A DNA stretch of 64,000 nt from Candidatus Woesebacteria bacterium (GTDB taxonomy: Bacteria > Patescibacteriota > Saccharimonadia > Saccharimonadales > EFPC-124): positions 22,556 through 86,555 of the forward strand of contig JASFQB010000005.1 in NCBI GenBank assembly GCA_050115675.1. The letters run 5' to 3'. Below the pieces are notes generated by a model. It was given only the letters and a program-made list of their open reading frames with translations, had not been told where the DNA came from and made no database searches. Position 1 is the stretch's first letter. Each line of letters opens with the position of its first letter. The position numbers and the translations under genes are program-made. Positions 1-8,865 of the stretch are shown here, one piece after another.

Positions 1-1
1 T

Positions 2-355
2 ACGCCATTTTTGCAGGCGTTTACTGCGCTTGTTCTTCCTTTGTCTATCGTGACTGCAGTGGCTTTGAAGCTACCAGTTGCCATTACTATGTTGCTGTTT
101 GCGCCTTTTGTTCCAATTGGCGTAACGATTGTAACGCAGCTTATTGGATTGAACAATTTTGGTAGAGCCTTTAACGAAAAGGTGAGCGTCTGGCATTATA
201 TGTCGGTTGCTTGCTTGGCGTGGCTTTACCAGATCGTCCTTGGGGCGGCAGCGGTTTGGGCTGTTGCTCGACATCTGAAAGGAAACAATGGCTGGTACAA
301 GACGGGACGTAGTGGACAACATCGCAACGTTGCTTTCGAAGGTGGTGCAAAATGA
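2..355 (+). CDS. 3' end of a membrane-protein gene truncated by the window start (possibly the TM tail of a glycosyltransferase)
   Basis: Frame is open from nt 2 to TGA 353-355. Translation is rich in hydrophobic helices. The stop overlaps the next ATG (ATGA), implying co-transcription with the GT-C gene. Confidence 0.45.
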   Translation, partial: TPFLQAFTALVLPLSIVTAVALKLPVAITMLLFAPFVPIGVTIVTQLIGLNNFGRAFNEKVSVWHYMSVACLAWLYQIVLGAAAVWAVARHLKGNNGWYKTGRSGQHRNVAFEGGAK

Positions 356-1881
356 ACACAAAAAATATGCGTTTGCCCGAGTGGATTAAGAAGCATTGGG
401 TAAGTATCGAAGTATTGATGGCTTTGATGTTTGTTGTAGGGCTGGCTAATGCATGGAACCTCCATGGTTGGCCAGCGCGCCTTAACGACGACGAGGCGAC
501 GTACGTTGATCAAGCCTGGGCTTTTTTGCATAATGGCACGCTTAGTCACTACACCTACTGGTATGATCATCCACCCATGGGTTGGATTTTCATTGCCGCG
601 TATGCCTGGGTTACAGATGGTTTTGACCGTCTGTCCAGCGCCGTAATGGTTGGCCGCGAGGCTATGTGGTTTGTAGTGATGGCTAGTTGTGCACTCATCT
701 ACCTGCTCGTGCGGCGTCTAAACCTAAGCAGGTTTGCTGCTGTTGGCGCTGTGTTGATTTTTGGGCTTAGTCCGTTGGCAATTTACGAACACCGCATGGC
801 ATTTTTGGATAACCCTGCGACTATGTGGCTACTCGCTGCAATGGTTTTTGCGCTTTCCCCCAAAAAGGGATTGGGCGCAGCAATGGGTGCAGGAATTTGC
901 CTTGCGCTGGCTGTACTAACCAAAGAAACTATTGGCATTATGCTGCCAGTGGTAATTTGGTTGATGTGGCGCAACTCTGATAGGCGAACTCGCATTTGGA
1001 ATATCAGTGTATTTGTTACCATTTTTGGATTGCTTGGATTTTCGTACGTACTGTTTGCAATTCTTAAAGGCGAGCTGATTCCGGGATCAGACCACGTTAG
1101 CTTGGGCTGGGCCTTGTGGTATCAGTTTATTGGCCGAGAGGGAAGTGGTAGTGTTTTTGATTCTGCAAGTGATTCGTACAGATTAGTGCATGTGTGGTTT
1201 GCTCTTGATTCCTGGCTGCTATGGGCGGGACTGGCTGCTGCATTTGCTGGCCTGTTTGTAAAAAAGCTGCGTCCTTTTGCGGTTGCGGTTTTGATGCAGG
1301 TCTCGGTTGTGTTTAAGGGGGGGTATCTGCCCTCGCCGTACGTCATTGCCGTAATTCCGTTTATGTCTGTTTTGGTGACTGGCGTTCTTGAACTTCTTTG
1401 GAAGAGTGAGATGCCAATTACCAGTAGTGCAAAAAAGTTGTTCATTTTTACTAGACGATTCGCAATGGTAACGACTTGCACGGTGCTTGCTGTATCCATG
1501 GCATCTGTATCAATCAGTAATATCAGGTCGCAGTCGTTTTCTGATGGTGATTTGGCCTCTTTGCAAGCAACCGAATGGCTAATGAACAATATCAGCAAGG
1601 ACGACGTGGTCATTGTTGACGACTACATTTGGGGTGATCTTAAGATTGCTGGCTACAACCCAGTTTGGTACTGGAAGACCAGTGGTGATCCGCAGGTTAC
1701 TCGGGAAATTCTTCCAGAAGGCTACAAGAATGTCGATTACGTTGCAATGCCCTACACGCCCCCAAGTACTTTGGAATCTTTGCCCGTGTTGGGTGAGGCG
1801 ATAAAACACTCCACGGTCGTGGCGAGCTTTGGCGGAAGCTCCGAGGAGGCGGTTACGATTTACTGTGTTGATAACACATAG
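352..1881 (+). CDS. GT-C fold, lipid-carrier-dependent glycosyltransferase (PMT_2/ArnT-like)
   Basis: 509-aa polytopic membrane protein. The first extracytoplasmic loop 'WPARLNDDEATYVDQAW' (acidic DD/DE motif) and the overall topology are typical of GT39/GT83-type enzymes. Confidence 0.7.
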   Translation: MNTKNMRLPEWIKKHWVSIEVLMALMFVVGLANAWNLHGWPARLNDDEATYVDQAWAFLHNGTLSHYTYWYDHPPMGWIFIAAYAWVTDGFDRLSSAVMVGREAMWFVVMASCALIYLLVRRLNLSRFAAVGAVLIFGLSPLAIYEHRMAFLDNPATMWLLAAMVFALSPKKGLGAAMGAGICLALAVLTKETIGIMLPVVIWLMWRNSDRRTRIWNISVFVTIFGLLGFSYVLFAILKGELIPGSDHVSLGWALWYQFIGREGSGSVFDSASDSYRLVHVWFALDSWLLWAGLAAAFAGLFVKKLRPFAVAVLMQVSVVFKGGYLPSPYVIAVIPFMSVLVTGVLELLWKSEMPITSSAKKLFIFTRRFAMVTTCTVLAVSMASVSISNIRSQSFSDGDLASLQATEWLMNNISKDDVVIVDDYIWGDLKIAGYNPVWYWKTSGDPQVTREILPEGYKNVDYVAMPYTPPSTLESLPVLGEAIKHSTVVASFGGSSEEAVTIYCVDNT

Positions 1882-1893
1882 CAAAAAACTTTG

Positions 1894-1936
1894 CGCCCAG
1901 CCAATAATAGGTTACTCTCATTGGCTGGGCGTTTTA
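1894..1936 (+). terminator. Rho-independent terminator
   Basis: 12-bp perfect stem cgcccagccaat/attggctgggcg followed by TTTT. Confidence 0.75.
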
Positions 1937-2034
1937 AAATTTTACAACGGGAAAACACTTGTGCTTGTTGCGAACATGAGTTAAACTTTCATTTGTGTAG
2001 TAAAAACATAAAAATAAACTAAAGTAATAAAAAT

Positions 2035-2763
2035 ATGGCAAGATTACCCCAACCCGGGCGAGATATGGGCGCCTGGGGAGATATTTTAAACGAGTTTTTG
2101 CTCGAAGAGCATAACCCCGATGGTACGCTAAAATTGCGTACAACAGGCGATTTAAACAGAGAGCCAATTATAGAAGCGGGCTCGGTAGGCCAATATTGGC
2201 GCGGCGACAAAACATGGCAACTGCTAGATAAAACAGCGGTTGGCCTAAGCGCAGTAAACAACACAAGTGATGATGACAAGCCTATAAGCAGTGCCGCTCA
2301 AGCAGCGCTTAACGAAAAAGTTAATACAAGTGGCTCGGTTATTTCTGGCGATTTAACTTTTGCGTCAGACGTTGGTTTGACATTTAATGGCACTAATCAG
2401 TATCTAAAATGGGCAACTGGAGAAGGCTTATGGTTGGCCGTTGCTGACGATAACAAAAATCTCAAGCTCTCTTATGGTGGAGGTAGCGGGCGTTTGGTCA
2501 TTGACCAATATGGCTATGGAGAAGTTGCCAGATTTAGCAATGGCATGTTAAGCATGAGGTCGCATTACATAAAAGATGTCGCAGATCCGTACGATGCAAG
2601 TGATGCCGCTACAAAGAACTACGTAGATACGAATGGATGGTCAGACGTGCCAGTTGCTATAAGCAGTGCCGGAATAGCGGGCCAAAAGGCTTACGATAGC
2701 CAGTATATGTATATTTGTGTAGCTACAAACACTTGGCGCAGAGTAGCGCTGGAGACTTGGTAG
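2035..2763 (+). CDS. Phage tail-fibre-like protein (native GC), paralogous N-terminus to the 28237-29835 gene
   Basis: 242 aa. Fibre-type motifs 'YWRGDKTWQLLDKTAVGLSAVNNTSDDDKPISSAAQAALNEK' and 'IKDVADPYDASDAATKNYVD'. The N-terminus 'MARLPQPGRDMGAWGDILNEFLLEEHNPDGTLK' is shared with the GC-rich gene. Confidence 0.6.
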   Translation: MARLPQPGRDMGAWGDILNEFLLEEHNPDGTLKLRTTGDLNREPIIEAGSVGQYWRGDKTWQLLDKTAVGLSAVNNTSDDDKPISSAAQAALNEKVNTSGSVISGDLTFASDVGLTFNGTNQYLKWATGEGLWLAVADDNKNLKLSYGGGSGRLVIDQYGYGEVARFSNGMLSMRSHYIKDVADPYDASDAATKNYVDTNGWSDVPVAISSAGIAGQKAYDSQYMYICVATNTWRRVALETW

Positions 2764-4641
2764 ATGAAAAGGCTTTTGCCTCTTGTTGGTACTGTGGCAG
2801 CGGGCGTTGCGGTGGCAACTGCGGGCGCATGGTTTGTTGAAAGCTTGGTCAAAGAAGTCCCCCCAAGTGATGATGTTTCAACTGTTCAGCAAGCAAGCTC
2901 TGATGACCAAACAAAAAACAATACAAGCTCCGTTGCAGATGCGTCAAGCTCTGGAGCTGACGGCGAAGATAATATTGTTGAAGCGGTGCTTTCAAGTATC
3001 TCAAGATTTTTTGGTTTTGAAAGTAATCCACAAAGCAGCATAATTGCACCGTCAATTTCTGGGCAAATTGAGCAAATTTCACAGTCCGAAGCTCCTGACT
3101 ACCGACAGTTAAAATTACGTGGACTAAACCTATCTGGTTTGGAGTTTAGCGGAATATTTCAACCAAACACAGAGCAAACCTACCAGTATATCCGGCAAAA
3201 AGGCTTCAACCTGGTACGATTGCCAGTAGAGTGGAGTGAGCTGCAGCCATATTTGTACGGTGATTTTGATTCAACCTCAAAAGAATACGTTGATCAAAAC
3301 ATTGCTTGGGCAAAAGAGAATGATCTGGCGGTCGTGCTAGACGTACATAACTACGGGCGTCGTCAAGTGTATCGTGATGGTGGACTTACAGATGATTTCA
3401 GTGAATCTACCCAGCACACATTTATTATGCCTTACGGTGATCACGACAGCTCGGCAGGCACGCTAACGTTTCGTGATTACGGACGTGGCCTGGCAGGAAC
3501 AGCCGCAAACCCAGTTTCTTCAAACGGCTATAAAGCCACTTTTGACGCAAAAATTGATCAAATCGGTGGCGATCTATGGAATGAATTTTTTATGGATGTC
3601 TACTACCAAAGCGAAGATGATCGATATACTTTGGCAATAAATCCAGTAACAAATACTTGGGCGCTGCGTCAAACAATCAGCGGGCAGCAAACCGTTTTGG
3701 CTAGTGGTAATAAAACTTGGTCAATAGATCAATACTATAATTTTTCTATTGATGTGAATCAGGCAACAAGCGAAAAAATCAACGTAAGCGTTGATGGAGA
3801 ACCGCTGTTTGAAGTTAACTCTGTTAATACAAGCCCTGAGTTAAAGAGTGGTTATGTTGCTATGTTTCCGGCTGGCGTAAAAGCCACAATAAAAGATTTT
3901 ACGCTTGATGTGGGTGGGGACATCTCAAGCGGTGGATCTATAGAGCAGCGTATAACTGATGAAGCTCTGCCGATAGAAGCCTGGGAAGATTTGTGGAGAA
4001 GGTTGGGCGAGACATATAAAGACGAAAGCACCGTTTTTGCCTATGACCACAACGAGCCTCACGACTTGCCGGTTTCGACAAGCACAGACAATTACTCCTA
4101 CCAGGTTGCCGCGGCAAACGGCGTACAGGTGGCAACTGCCACTCAACTTGGGCAAACAATGGTAGACTCTTTGCGAGAAGTAGGTGATACAAAGTTTGTT
4201 ATGGTAGAAATGGATCATTGGGCAAACGCGCATTACTTTGGTACTCAGTATGGAACCAACGCTGCACCATGGATTTCAGATAGTCTATCGCCACAAAAGG
4301 TTGTATACTCTGGACACTACTATTTTGATAGTGACCATAGTGGTATATATAGCGATCCAACCACACCTTCAAACGAGCAAATTGCAGCCGATGTAACTCC
4401 GTTTTTTGACTGGTGTAGCAAAAACCAAGCGCTATGCTACATTGGCGAGTTTGGCGTACCAAACACGAGCACGTGGCAGCCGTCGTTAGCTTACTTTTTA
4501 CAAACAATGGAGAATTATAACATTTGGTGGACACATTGGGCTGGGGGTGATTTGTACTCGTCTGTTACGAGTATTCAGCCAACAGAATCGTTCACAATTG
4601 ACCAAATGCAAATGGACACAATTGAGCCGTTCTTAGACTAG
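2764..4641 (+). CDS. Membrane-anchored/secreted glycoside hydrolase family 5 with an inserted jelly-roll-like domain
   Basis: N-terminal hydrophobic helix and S/D-rich linker. GH5 signatures occur in order: GFNLVRLPVEW, VVLDVHNY, NEPH, GHYYF, IGEFG, WTHWAGG. The start ATG directly follows the upstream stop (TAGATG). Confidence 0.8.
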   Translation: MKRLLPLVGTVAAGVAVATAGAWFVESLVKEVPPSDDVSTVQQASSDDQTKNNTSSVADASSSGADGEDNIVEAVLSSISRFFGFESNPQSSIIAPSISGQIEQISQSEAPDYRQLKLRGLNLSGLEFSGIFQPNTEQTYQYIRQKGFNLVRLPVEWSELQPYLYGDFDSTSKEYVDQNIAWAKENDLAVVLDVHNYGRRQVYRDGGLTDDFSESTQHTFIMPYGDHDSSAGTLTFRDYGRGLAGTAANPVSSNGYKATFDAKIDQIGGDLWNEFFMDVYYQSEDDRYTLAINPVTNTWALRQTISGQQTVLASGNKTWSIDQYYNFSIDVNQATSEKINVSVDGEPLFEVNSVNTSPELKSGYVAMFPAGVKATIKDFTLDVGGDISSGGSIEQRITDEALPIEAWEDLWRRLGETYKDESTVFAYDHNEPHDLPVSTSTDNYSYQVAAANGVQVATATQLGQTMVDSLREVGDTKFVMVEMDHWANAHYFGTQYGTNAAPWISDSLSPQKVVYSGHYYFDSDHSGIYSDPTTPSNEQIAADVTPFFDWCSKNQALCYIGEFGVPNTSTWQPSLAYFLQTMENYNIWWTHWAGGDLYSSVTSIQPTESFTIDQMQMDTIEPFLD

Positions 4642-4758
4642 TTGACCCTCTTGTAAACTGTATTGTTTTATAGTACAATTACATCTGTTAATAACTTAAC
4701 TCAGCTTAAGTCATGGCTTAAGCATTCGGCTAGTCCGAATTCCGAAGGAGGAGACAAA

Positions 4759-5106
4759 ATGAGAGACTACGAATTAATAGTAGTGTTCCATCCAGATTTA
4801 GAGATAGATCTAGAAAAACCACTCACCAAAGTGCGTTCAATAATTACGGACAATGGCGGAGAAATCACAAAAGAGGATAATTGGGGCAAACGAAAACTTG
4901 CGTACAAAATTCGCAAAGAAGAGTTTGGCGTATACGTTTACTTTGACGTAAAAATCCCAGCTCAATCTGTTAAAAAAATACAAAGCGTTTTAAACATTAC
5001 CGATGAGGTTTTGCGATATCTTTTGACCGCAGTCGATCCACGAGCAATCGCAGCCGCAGAAGAAAAACGTCAACGCGAACAAGAAGAAGCAACAAGCGAG
5101 GAGTAG
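4759..5106 (+). CDS. rpsF: 30S ribosomal protein S6
   Basis: 'MRDYELIVVFHPDLE...' S6 homology. RBS GGAGGAG lies 6 nt upstream of ATG 4759; the longer 4663 start has no RBS. Confidence 0.9.
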   Translation: MRDYELIVVFHPDLEIDLEKPLTKVRSIITDNGGEITKEDNWGKRKLAYKIRKEEFGVYVYFDVKIPAQSVKKIQSVLNITDEVLRYLLTAVDPRAIAAAEEKRQREQEEATSEE

Positions 5107-5109
5107 TAT

Positions 5110-5547
5110 ATGTCTAAAAGTATCAACCAAGTCATCTTAATGGGTAACCTAACTCGAGATCCAGATTTGCGCACAACGCCAACTGGCCAAAATGTTTGCA
5201 GCTTTTCGCTAGCTGTTAACAGATCTTGGCAGGGCTCGGATGGCCAAACTCAAGATGCGGTTGACTACTTTGACGTTACTGCTTGGGGCAAATTGGGCGA
5301 ACTCGTTAGTCAATACCTAAGTAAGGGCCGAAAATGCCTAGTTATGGGTCGTTTAAGCCAGCGAAGCTGGGAGCAAGACGGTCAAAAACGAAGCAAAGTA
5401 GAGGTTGTTGCAAACGATGTAACATTCTTAGATGGTGGTAACGGCGGCAATTCGAGTGCTCCTGCTAGTTCTTCAAAAAAGTCTGAAGACGTTGTAATTG
5501 AAGACGTTGACGACAAGCCAATTGATTTAAGCGAAATACCATTCTAA
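5110..5547 (+). CDS. ssb: Single-stranded DNA-binding protein
   Basis: OB-fold N-terminus '[34 protein letters not shown]', G/S-rich linker and acidic tip 'DLSEIPF'. Canonical rpsF-ssb-rpsR context. Confidence 0.9.
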   Translation: MSKSINQVILMGNLTRDPDLRTTPTGQNVCSFSLAVNRSWQGSDGQTQDAVDYFDVTAWGKLGELVSQYLSKGRKCLVMGRLSQRSWEQDGQKRSKVEVVANDVTFLDGGNGGNSSAPASSSKKSEDVVIEDVDDKPIDLSEIPF

Positions 5548-5563
5548 TTTAACCGGAGTTTAT

Positions 5564-5767
5564 ATGCATAAAGGTAAACGATTCAAAAACGAAGTTTCCT
5601 ACTTTGACTACAAAGACGTTAAAGTATTGCAACGATACGTAAATGTTTATGGCCAAATTGAGCCAATTGCTAAAACTGGTTTAAGCGCAAAACAACAGCG
5701 CCAACTAGCAGTAGCAATTAAGCGTGCACGACACTTGGCATTGCTGCCATTTGTTGCAAACAGCTAG
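5564..5767 (+). CDS. rpsR: 30S ribosomal protein S18
   Basis: '[48 protein letters not shown]' matches S18. Confidence 0.9.
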   Translation: MHKGKRFKNEVSYFDYKDVKVLQRYVNVYGQIEPIAKTGLSAKQQRQLAVAIKRARHLALLPFVANS

Positions 5768-5784
5768 ATTTTAAAAACAAAATC

Positions 5785-5818
5785 AAAAAGCGCTCGCTCT
5801 ATTTGGCTGGCGCTTTTT
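5785..5818 (+). terminator. Rho-independent terminator after rpsR
   Basis: aaaaagcgc...gcgcttttt inverted repeat with a T-run. Confidence 0.6.
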
Positions 5819-5842
5819 GGGTTTAAATGCAAGGAATAACAG

Positions 5843-6409
5843 ATGAGTTTAGGAATTACAGAGCTAAAAAAAGGTACACTTATTCAAATAGATGGCAGGC
5901 CATTTAGAGTTATTGAGTACTCTCAAAAAGTTATGGGTCGTGGCGGTTCAATAGTGAACGTACGACTTAAGGGCTTGCTTGATGGCGCGGTCATACCGAA
6001 AACTTTTAAGGGCTCAGAAAAAGTTGACGAAGCAATTGTAGACAATAAGACCGTGCAATATCTTTACTCTGACGGCACAAATTATCATTTTATGGACGGC
6101 AATACGTTTGAGCAATTTGAACTTGCTGCTGATTTTGTAGAAGACGCATCCCCATACTTTAAGGAGGGCAATGAAGTAAACTTGCAGTTTTACGATGGCA
6201 AGGTAATAAACGTAGAGCTGCCAAAAAACATCTACCTAGAGGTTACATATACAGAAAACGTGGTCAAGGGCGACACAACAAGCAGCGTGCTAAAAGACGC
6301 AACACTCGAAACGGGCCTAGTGTTAAAAGTTCCAGCTTTTATAAAAACAAGTGACATAATTAAAGTAGACACACGTACAGGCGAGTATTTAGAGCGTAAA
6401 AAAGATTAG
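5843..6409 (+). CDS. efp: Elongation factor P
   Basis: 188 aa; 'LKKGTLIQIDGRPFRVIEYSQKVMGRGGSIVNVRLK' and the three-domain EF-P length. Confidence 0.9.
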   Translation: MSLGITELKKGTLIQIDGRPFRVIEYSQKVMGRGGSIVNVRLKGLLDGAVIPKTFKGSEKVDEAIVDNKTVQYLYSDGTNYHFMDGNTFEQFELAADFVEDASPYFKEGNEVNLQFYDGKVINVELPKNIYLEVTYTENVVKGDTTSSVLKDATLETGLVLKVPAFIKTSDIIKVDTRTGEYLERKKD

Positions 6410-6410
6410 A

Positions 6411-6446
6411 AAAACTGCCCTGTTTTGTTTAAAACAGGGCAGTGGT
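6411..6446. terminator. Hairpin terminator between convergent efp and the 6448-6735 gene
   Basis: 12-bp perfect stem ctgccctgtttt/aaaacagggcag. The A-run on the + side gives a U-tract for the minus-strand transcript. Confidence 0.65.
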
Positions 6447-6447
6447 G

Positions 6448-6735
6448 CTACGCAAAATCGTGACGCAGTTCCCATCTATGAACGTAGTCTTCTCTGTAGA
6501 ATTCAATAAAAGCGGTGTACAGGTCGTTTCTACTCATAATGCTTGGCACGGCCGGTGTGACTTTGCAATGCGTGTCGCTTTCCATTCTGATAAGTTGTAG
6601 CTCCTCAGGCAGCTTGCTGATGATTTCTTCAATTGGCAATGTGGCTGGCCATGGAACGCTAAGCGAGATGTGAAGATCGGGCGAGTAGTCTTCTCCAACG
6701 ATTTCGTCCCAAACGATGAGTCTTTCAGATCTCAT
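6448..6735 (-). CDS. Hypothetical protein (95 aa)
   Basis: ORF with GGAG 5 nt upstream of the internal ATG at 6735. The longer 6816 start would overlap the tlyA start. No recognisable motif. Confidence 0.45.
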   Translation of the reverse strand: MRSERLIVWDEIVGEDYSPDLHISLSVPWPATLPIEEIISKLPEELQLIRMESDTHCKVTPAVPSIMSRNDLYTAFIEFYREDYVHRWELRHDFA

Positions 6736-6808
6736 GATGGCTCCGTCTCTGTGATAGGCTGACTTTTGCCTTGTTAAATTTATCACAATAAAGCATAATG
6801 TCAATAGT

Positions 6809-7531
6809 ATGACCAAATTTCGTCTAGATCACTTGTTGGTAAAAAATAATTTAGTTTTGACTCGCTCTCAGGCAGAGAGTTGGATCAAGCTTGGTAGAGT
6901 AAAGGTCAATGGCAAAAATATTACCAAGCCTGGCTATTTTGTAGATGAAACTGCAAAGGTTAGTTTAAATGCTAGCGAACAGTACGTTTCGCGTGCAGGT
7001 CTTAAATTGGCTAGCGTAGCAAAAATGCTTGGGCTAAAATTTAATAATGCAATTGTGCTTGATGTTGGAAGCAGTACAGGTGGTTTTACAGACTATAGTT
7101 TGCAGCATGGCGCTAAAAAGGTAATTGCAGTTGATGTCGGTACAGATCAGCTGCATCCGAGCTTGCAGGGTAATTTTGCAATAGAGCTGCACGAAAAAAC
7201 AGATATTCGTGATATAAAAGCAATGTCTGACATACCAGACATTGTAGTGATTGACGTGAGTTTTATAAGTTTGCGCGAGATTTTGCCCCATGTGGCGACT
7301 TTGTGTAATTTTAACACTAACATAGCTGCGATGGTCAAGCCTCAGTTTGAGGCAGGTAGTGATACAAAAAGCAAAGGTGTTATAAAAAACGACGCCGTAC
7401 GACGTAAGATTTTAAAAGATTTTGAAATCTGGGCCAAGCAGTACTTTGTTGTTGCAGACAAAGCAGATAGTGATGTTGCTGGAGCAAAAGGGAATCGCGA
7501 ACGATTTTATTTGCTGAAGCCTTCAAAGTAG
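6809..7531 (+). CDS. tlyA: TlyA-family rRNA 2'-O-methyltransferase (S4 domain + FtsJ-like MTase)
   Basis: N-terminal S4 RNA-binding motif 'RLDHLLVKNNLVLTRSQAESWIKLGRVKVNG' and SAM motif 'VLDVGSSTGGFTD'. Confidence 0.85.
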   Translation: MTKFRLDHLLVKNNLVLTRSQAESWIKLGRVKVNGKNITKPGYFVDETAKVSLNASEQYVSRAGLKLASVAKMLGLKFNNAIVLDVGSSTGGFTDYSLQHGAKKVIAVDVGTDQLHPSLQGNFAIELHEKTDIRDIKAMSDIPDIVVIDVSFISLREILPHVATLCNFNTNIAAMVKPQFEAGSDTKSKGVIKNDAVRRKILKDFEIWAKQYFVVADKADSDVAGAKGNRERFYLLKPSK

Positions 7532-7533
7532 AC

Positions 7534-7561
7534 TTGTTAATTACCTGATATATGCTATAAT
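7534..7561 (+). promoter_or_regulatory. Sigma70-type promoter (TTGTTA-16-TATAAT, extended TGcTATAAT)
   Basis: TTGTTA at 7534-7539 and TGCTATAAT at 7553-7561, 25 nt upstream of ATG 7586. Confidence 0.5.
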
Positions 7562-7585
7562 TATCTTGATTATTTACGATTACTC

Positions 7586-7927
7586 ATGAATGGGGTGTTT
7601 TTTGTGGAGCAGTTTAATGATGCTGCTGCAGTGCAAGTAAGCGTTAGGGTTGTGGGCGGCGGTCACGTTGATGTCATGCGGCATGCTGCACAACAAACAA
7701 TAGTTAACTGCCCGGGCGGATCGCGTACAGATAATCGCAATGGCGAGGTTAGCATTGTTGTTTACTGTGAAAAAGGTCAACGTGCTTTGGTGATGATTCC
7801 TGAGTCCGCAAAGCTTGAGGGTGTGACTTATTCTAGCGACGCTTCTACGGATGGCGGTAGCTCCGTCCTCATCCTGGTTGGGCTGTCGTTGTTTGCACTT
7901 GTGGCGCTTATTGTTGCATTTGTATAA
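7586..7927 (+). CDS. Hypothetical tail-anchored small protein
   Basis: 113-aa ORF behind a good promoter but with no SD. It has a C-terminal hydrophobic helix 'VLILVGLSLFALVALIVAFV' and no recognisable family. Confidence 0.35.
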   Translation: MNGVFFVEQFNDAAAVQVSVRVVGGGHVDVMRHAAQQTIVNCPGGSRTDNRNGEVSIVVYCEKGQRALVMIPESAKLEGVTYSSDASTDGGSSVLILVGLSLFALVALIVAFV

Positions 7928-7938
7928 CGCTGATTTTT

Positions 7939-7967
7939 GGGCAACGGCTTAGCTGCGTTGCCCTTTT
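7939..7967. terminator. Bidirectional hairpin terminator
   Basis: gggcaacg/cgttgccc stem flanked by TTTTT (5') and TTTT (3'), between convergent genes. Confidence 0.65.
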
Positions 7968-8847
7968 AAAATAGACTCGCTTGCACTGGTTCGTGCTGAT
8001 TCTTTTGAATTGAGTTACTGATGTTGACGCGATAACCCTTTAGTTTGCTTAAAGATAGGGCAAAATGCTGATCATCATGCTCAAAAAACAAAATACCGCC
8101 GATCATTCCAATGCACTTGCCCGAAATTTGCTGCTGCTTTGAAAGGTCAATAAAGCCACTTTGTGGCTGGTTTTGTGAAAAATAATATTTATCTAGATGT
8201 TCTGGTGTGCTTTTTATATCAATCTGGTGTTGATTAGCAATTGATTTTGCAACCTCTTGAAGCTCGTTTATTGCTGCGGCAGAGTCATATTTTTTGTTTA
8301 AAAGCGCTAGTTTGTTTCTGACTTGCAGCGTTTCGGCTACGTGGGGAAGGCGAGCGATGCTAGCTTCTAGCATCCTAGCTTGAGTTGCGTCAGGAAAAGT
8401 TTTTATGATAATTGCACTTCTGGCGCCTTGCTCTAGTAGGCGACGAATGCCGCGACCCTCCCAGCTTATGCCAACTTTTACGATTCCTGGCGCAAAGTGT
8501 GCCAAGTATAAAATGTGAGGTTGTTGGTTTCGGGCTTGTTGCTGGGGCGAAATCTCGCTGGCGTGGTAAAACGCTGGATTAAATCCAGTTCTTTGCTGGC
8601 AGGCACGGCATTGATCATATTGTGAGGTTGTTTCTGCTGAGTTGGGGCAGGGAAAGCTTTTTGTGGTCTCTAGGTCGTGCCAGCCTGTACAAAACCTTTT
8701 TGCTGTGTCGAATTTGATGGTAAAAATATTGTCGCGTGGTTTTATGTTTAAAAAACCTGTAGCGTTATCTGACAGCAATGATAACTGCGGAGATAGATCG
8801 TCCCCTCCAAATCCGTAATGAATAAATGTAAAATCGCCGTTTTGCAT
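7966..8847 (-). CDS. DUF2797-like protein (Cys-rich region + 'H.LYLA....VKVGIS...R..R..EQGA' core)
   Basis: 293 aa. 'CTGWHD..CPNS..CRACQ' cysteine cluster followed by 'HILYLAHFAPGIVKVGISWEGRGIRRLLEQGARSAI', which resembles the DUF2797 pattern as I recall it. Confidence 0.45.
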   Translation of the reverse strand: MQNGDFTFIHYGFGGDDLSPQLSLLSDNATGFLNIKPRDNIFTIKFDTAKRFCTGWHDLETTKSFPCPNSAETTSQYDQCRACQQRTGFNPAFYHASEISPQQQARNQQPHILYLAHFAPGIVKVGISWEGRGIRRLLEQGARSAIIIKTFPDATQARMLEASIARLPHVAETLQVRNKLALLNKKYDSAAAINELQEVAKSIANQHQIDIKSTPEHLDKYYFSQNQPQSGFIDLSKQQQISGKCIGMIGGILFFEHDDQHFALSLSKLKGYRVNISNSIQKNQHEPVQASLF

Positions 8848-8865
8848 GGTTCCACCCCTAATTAT

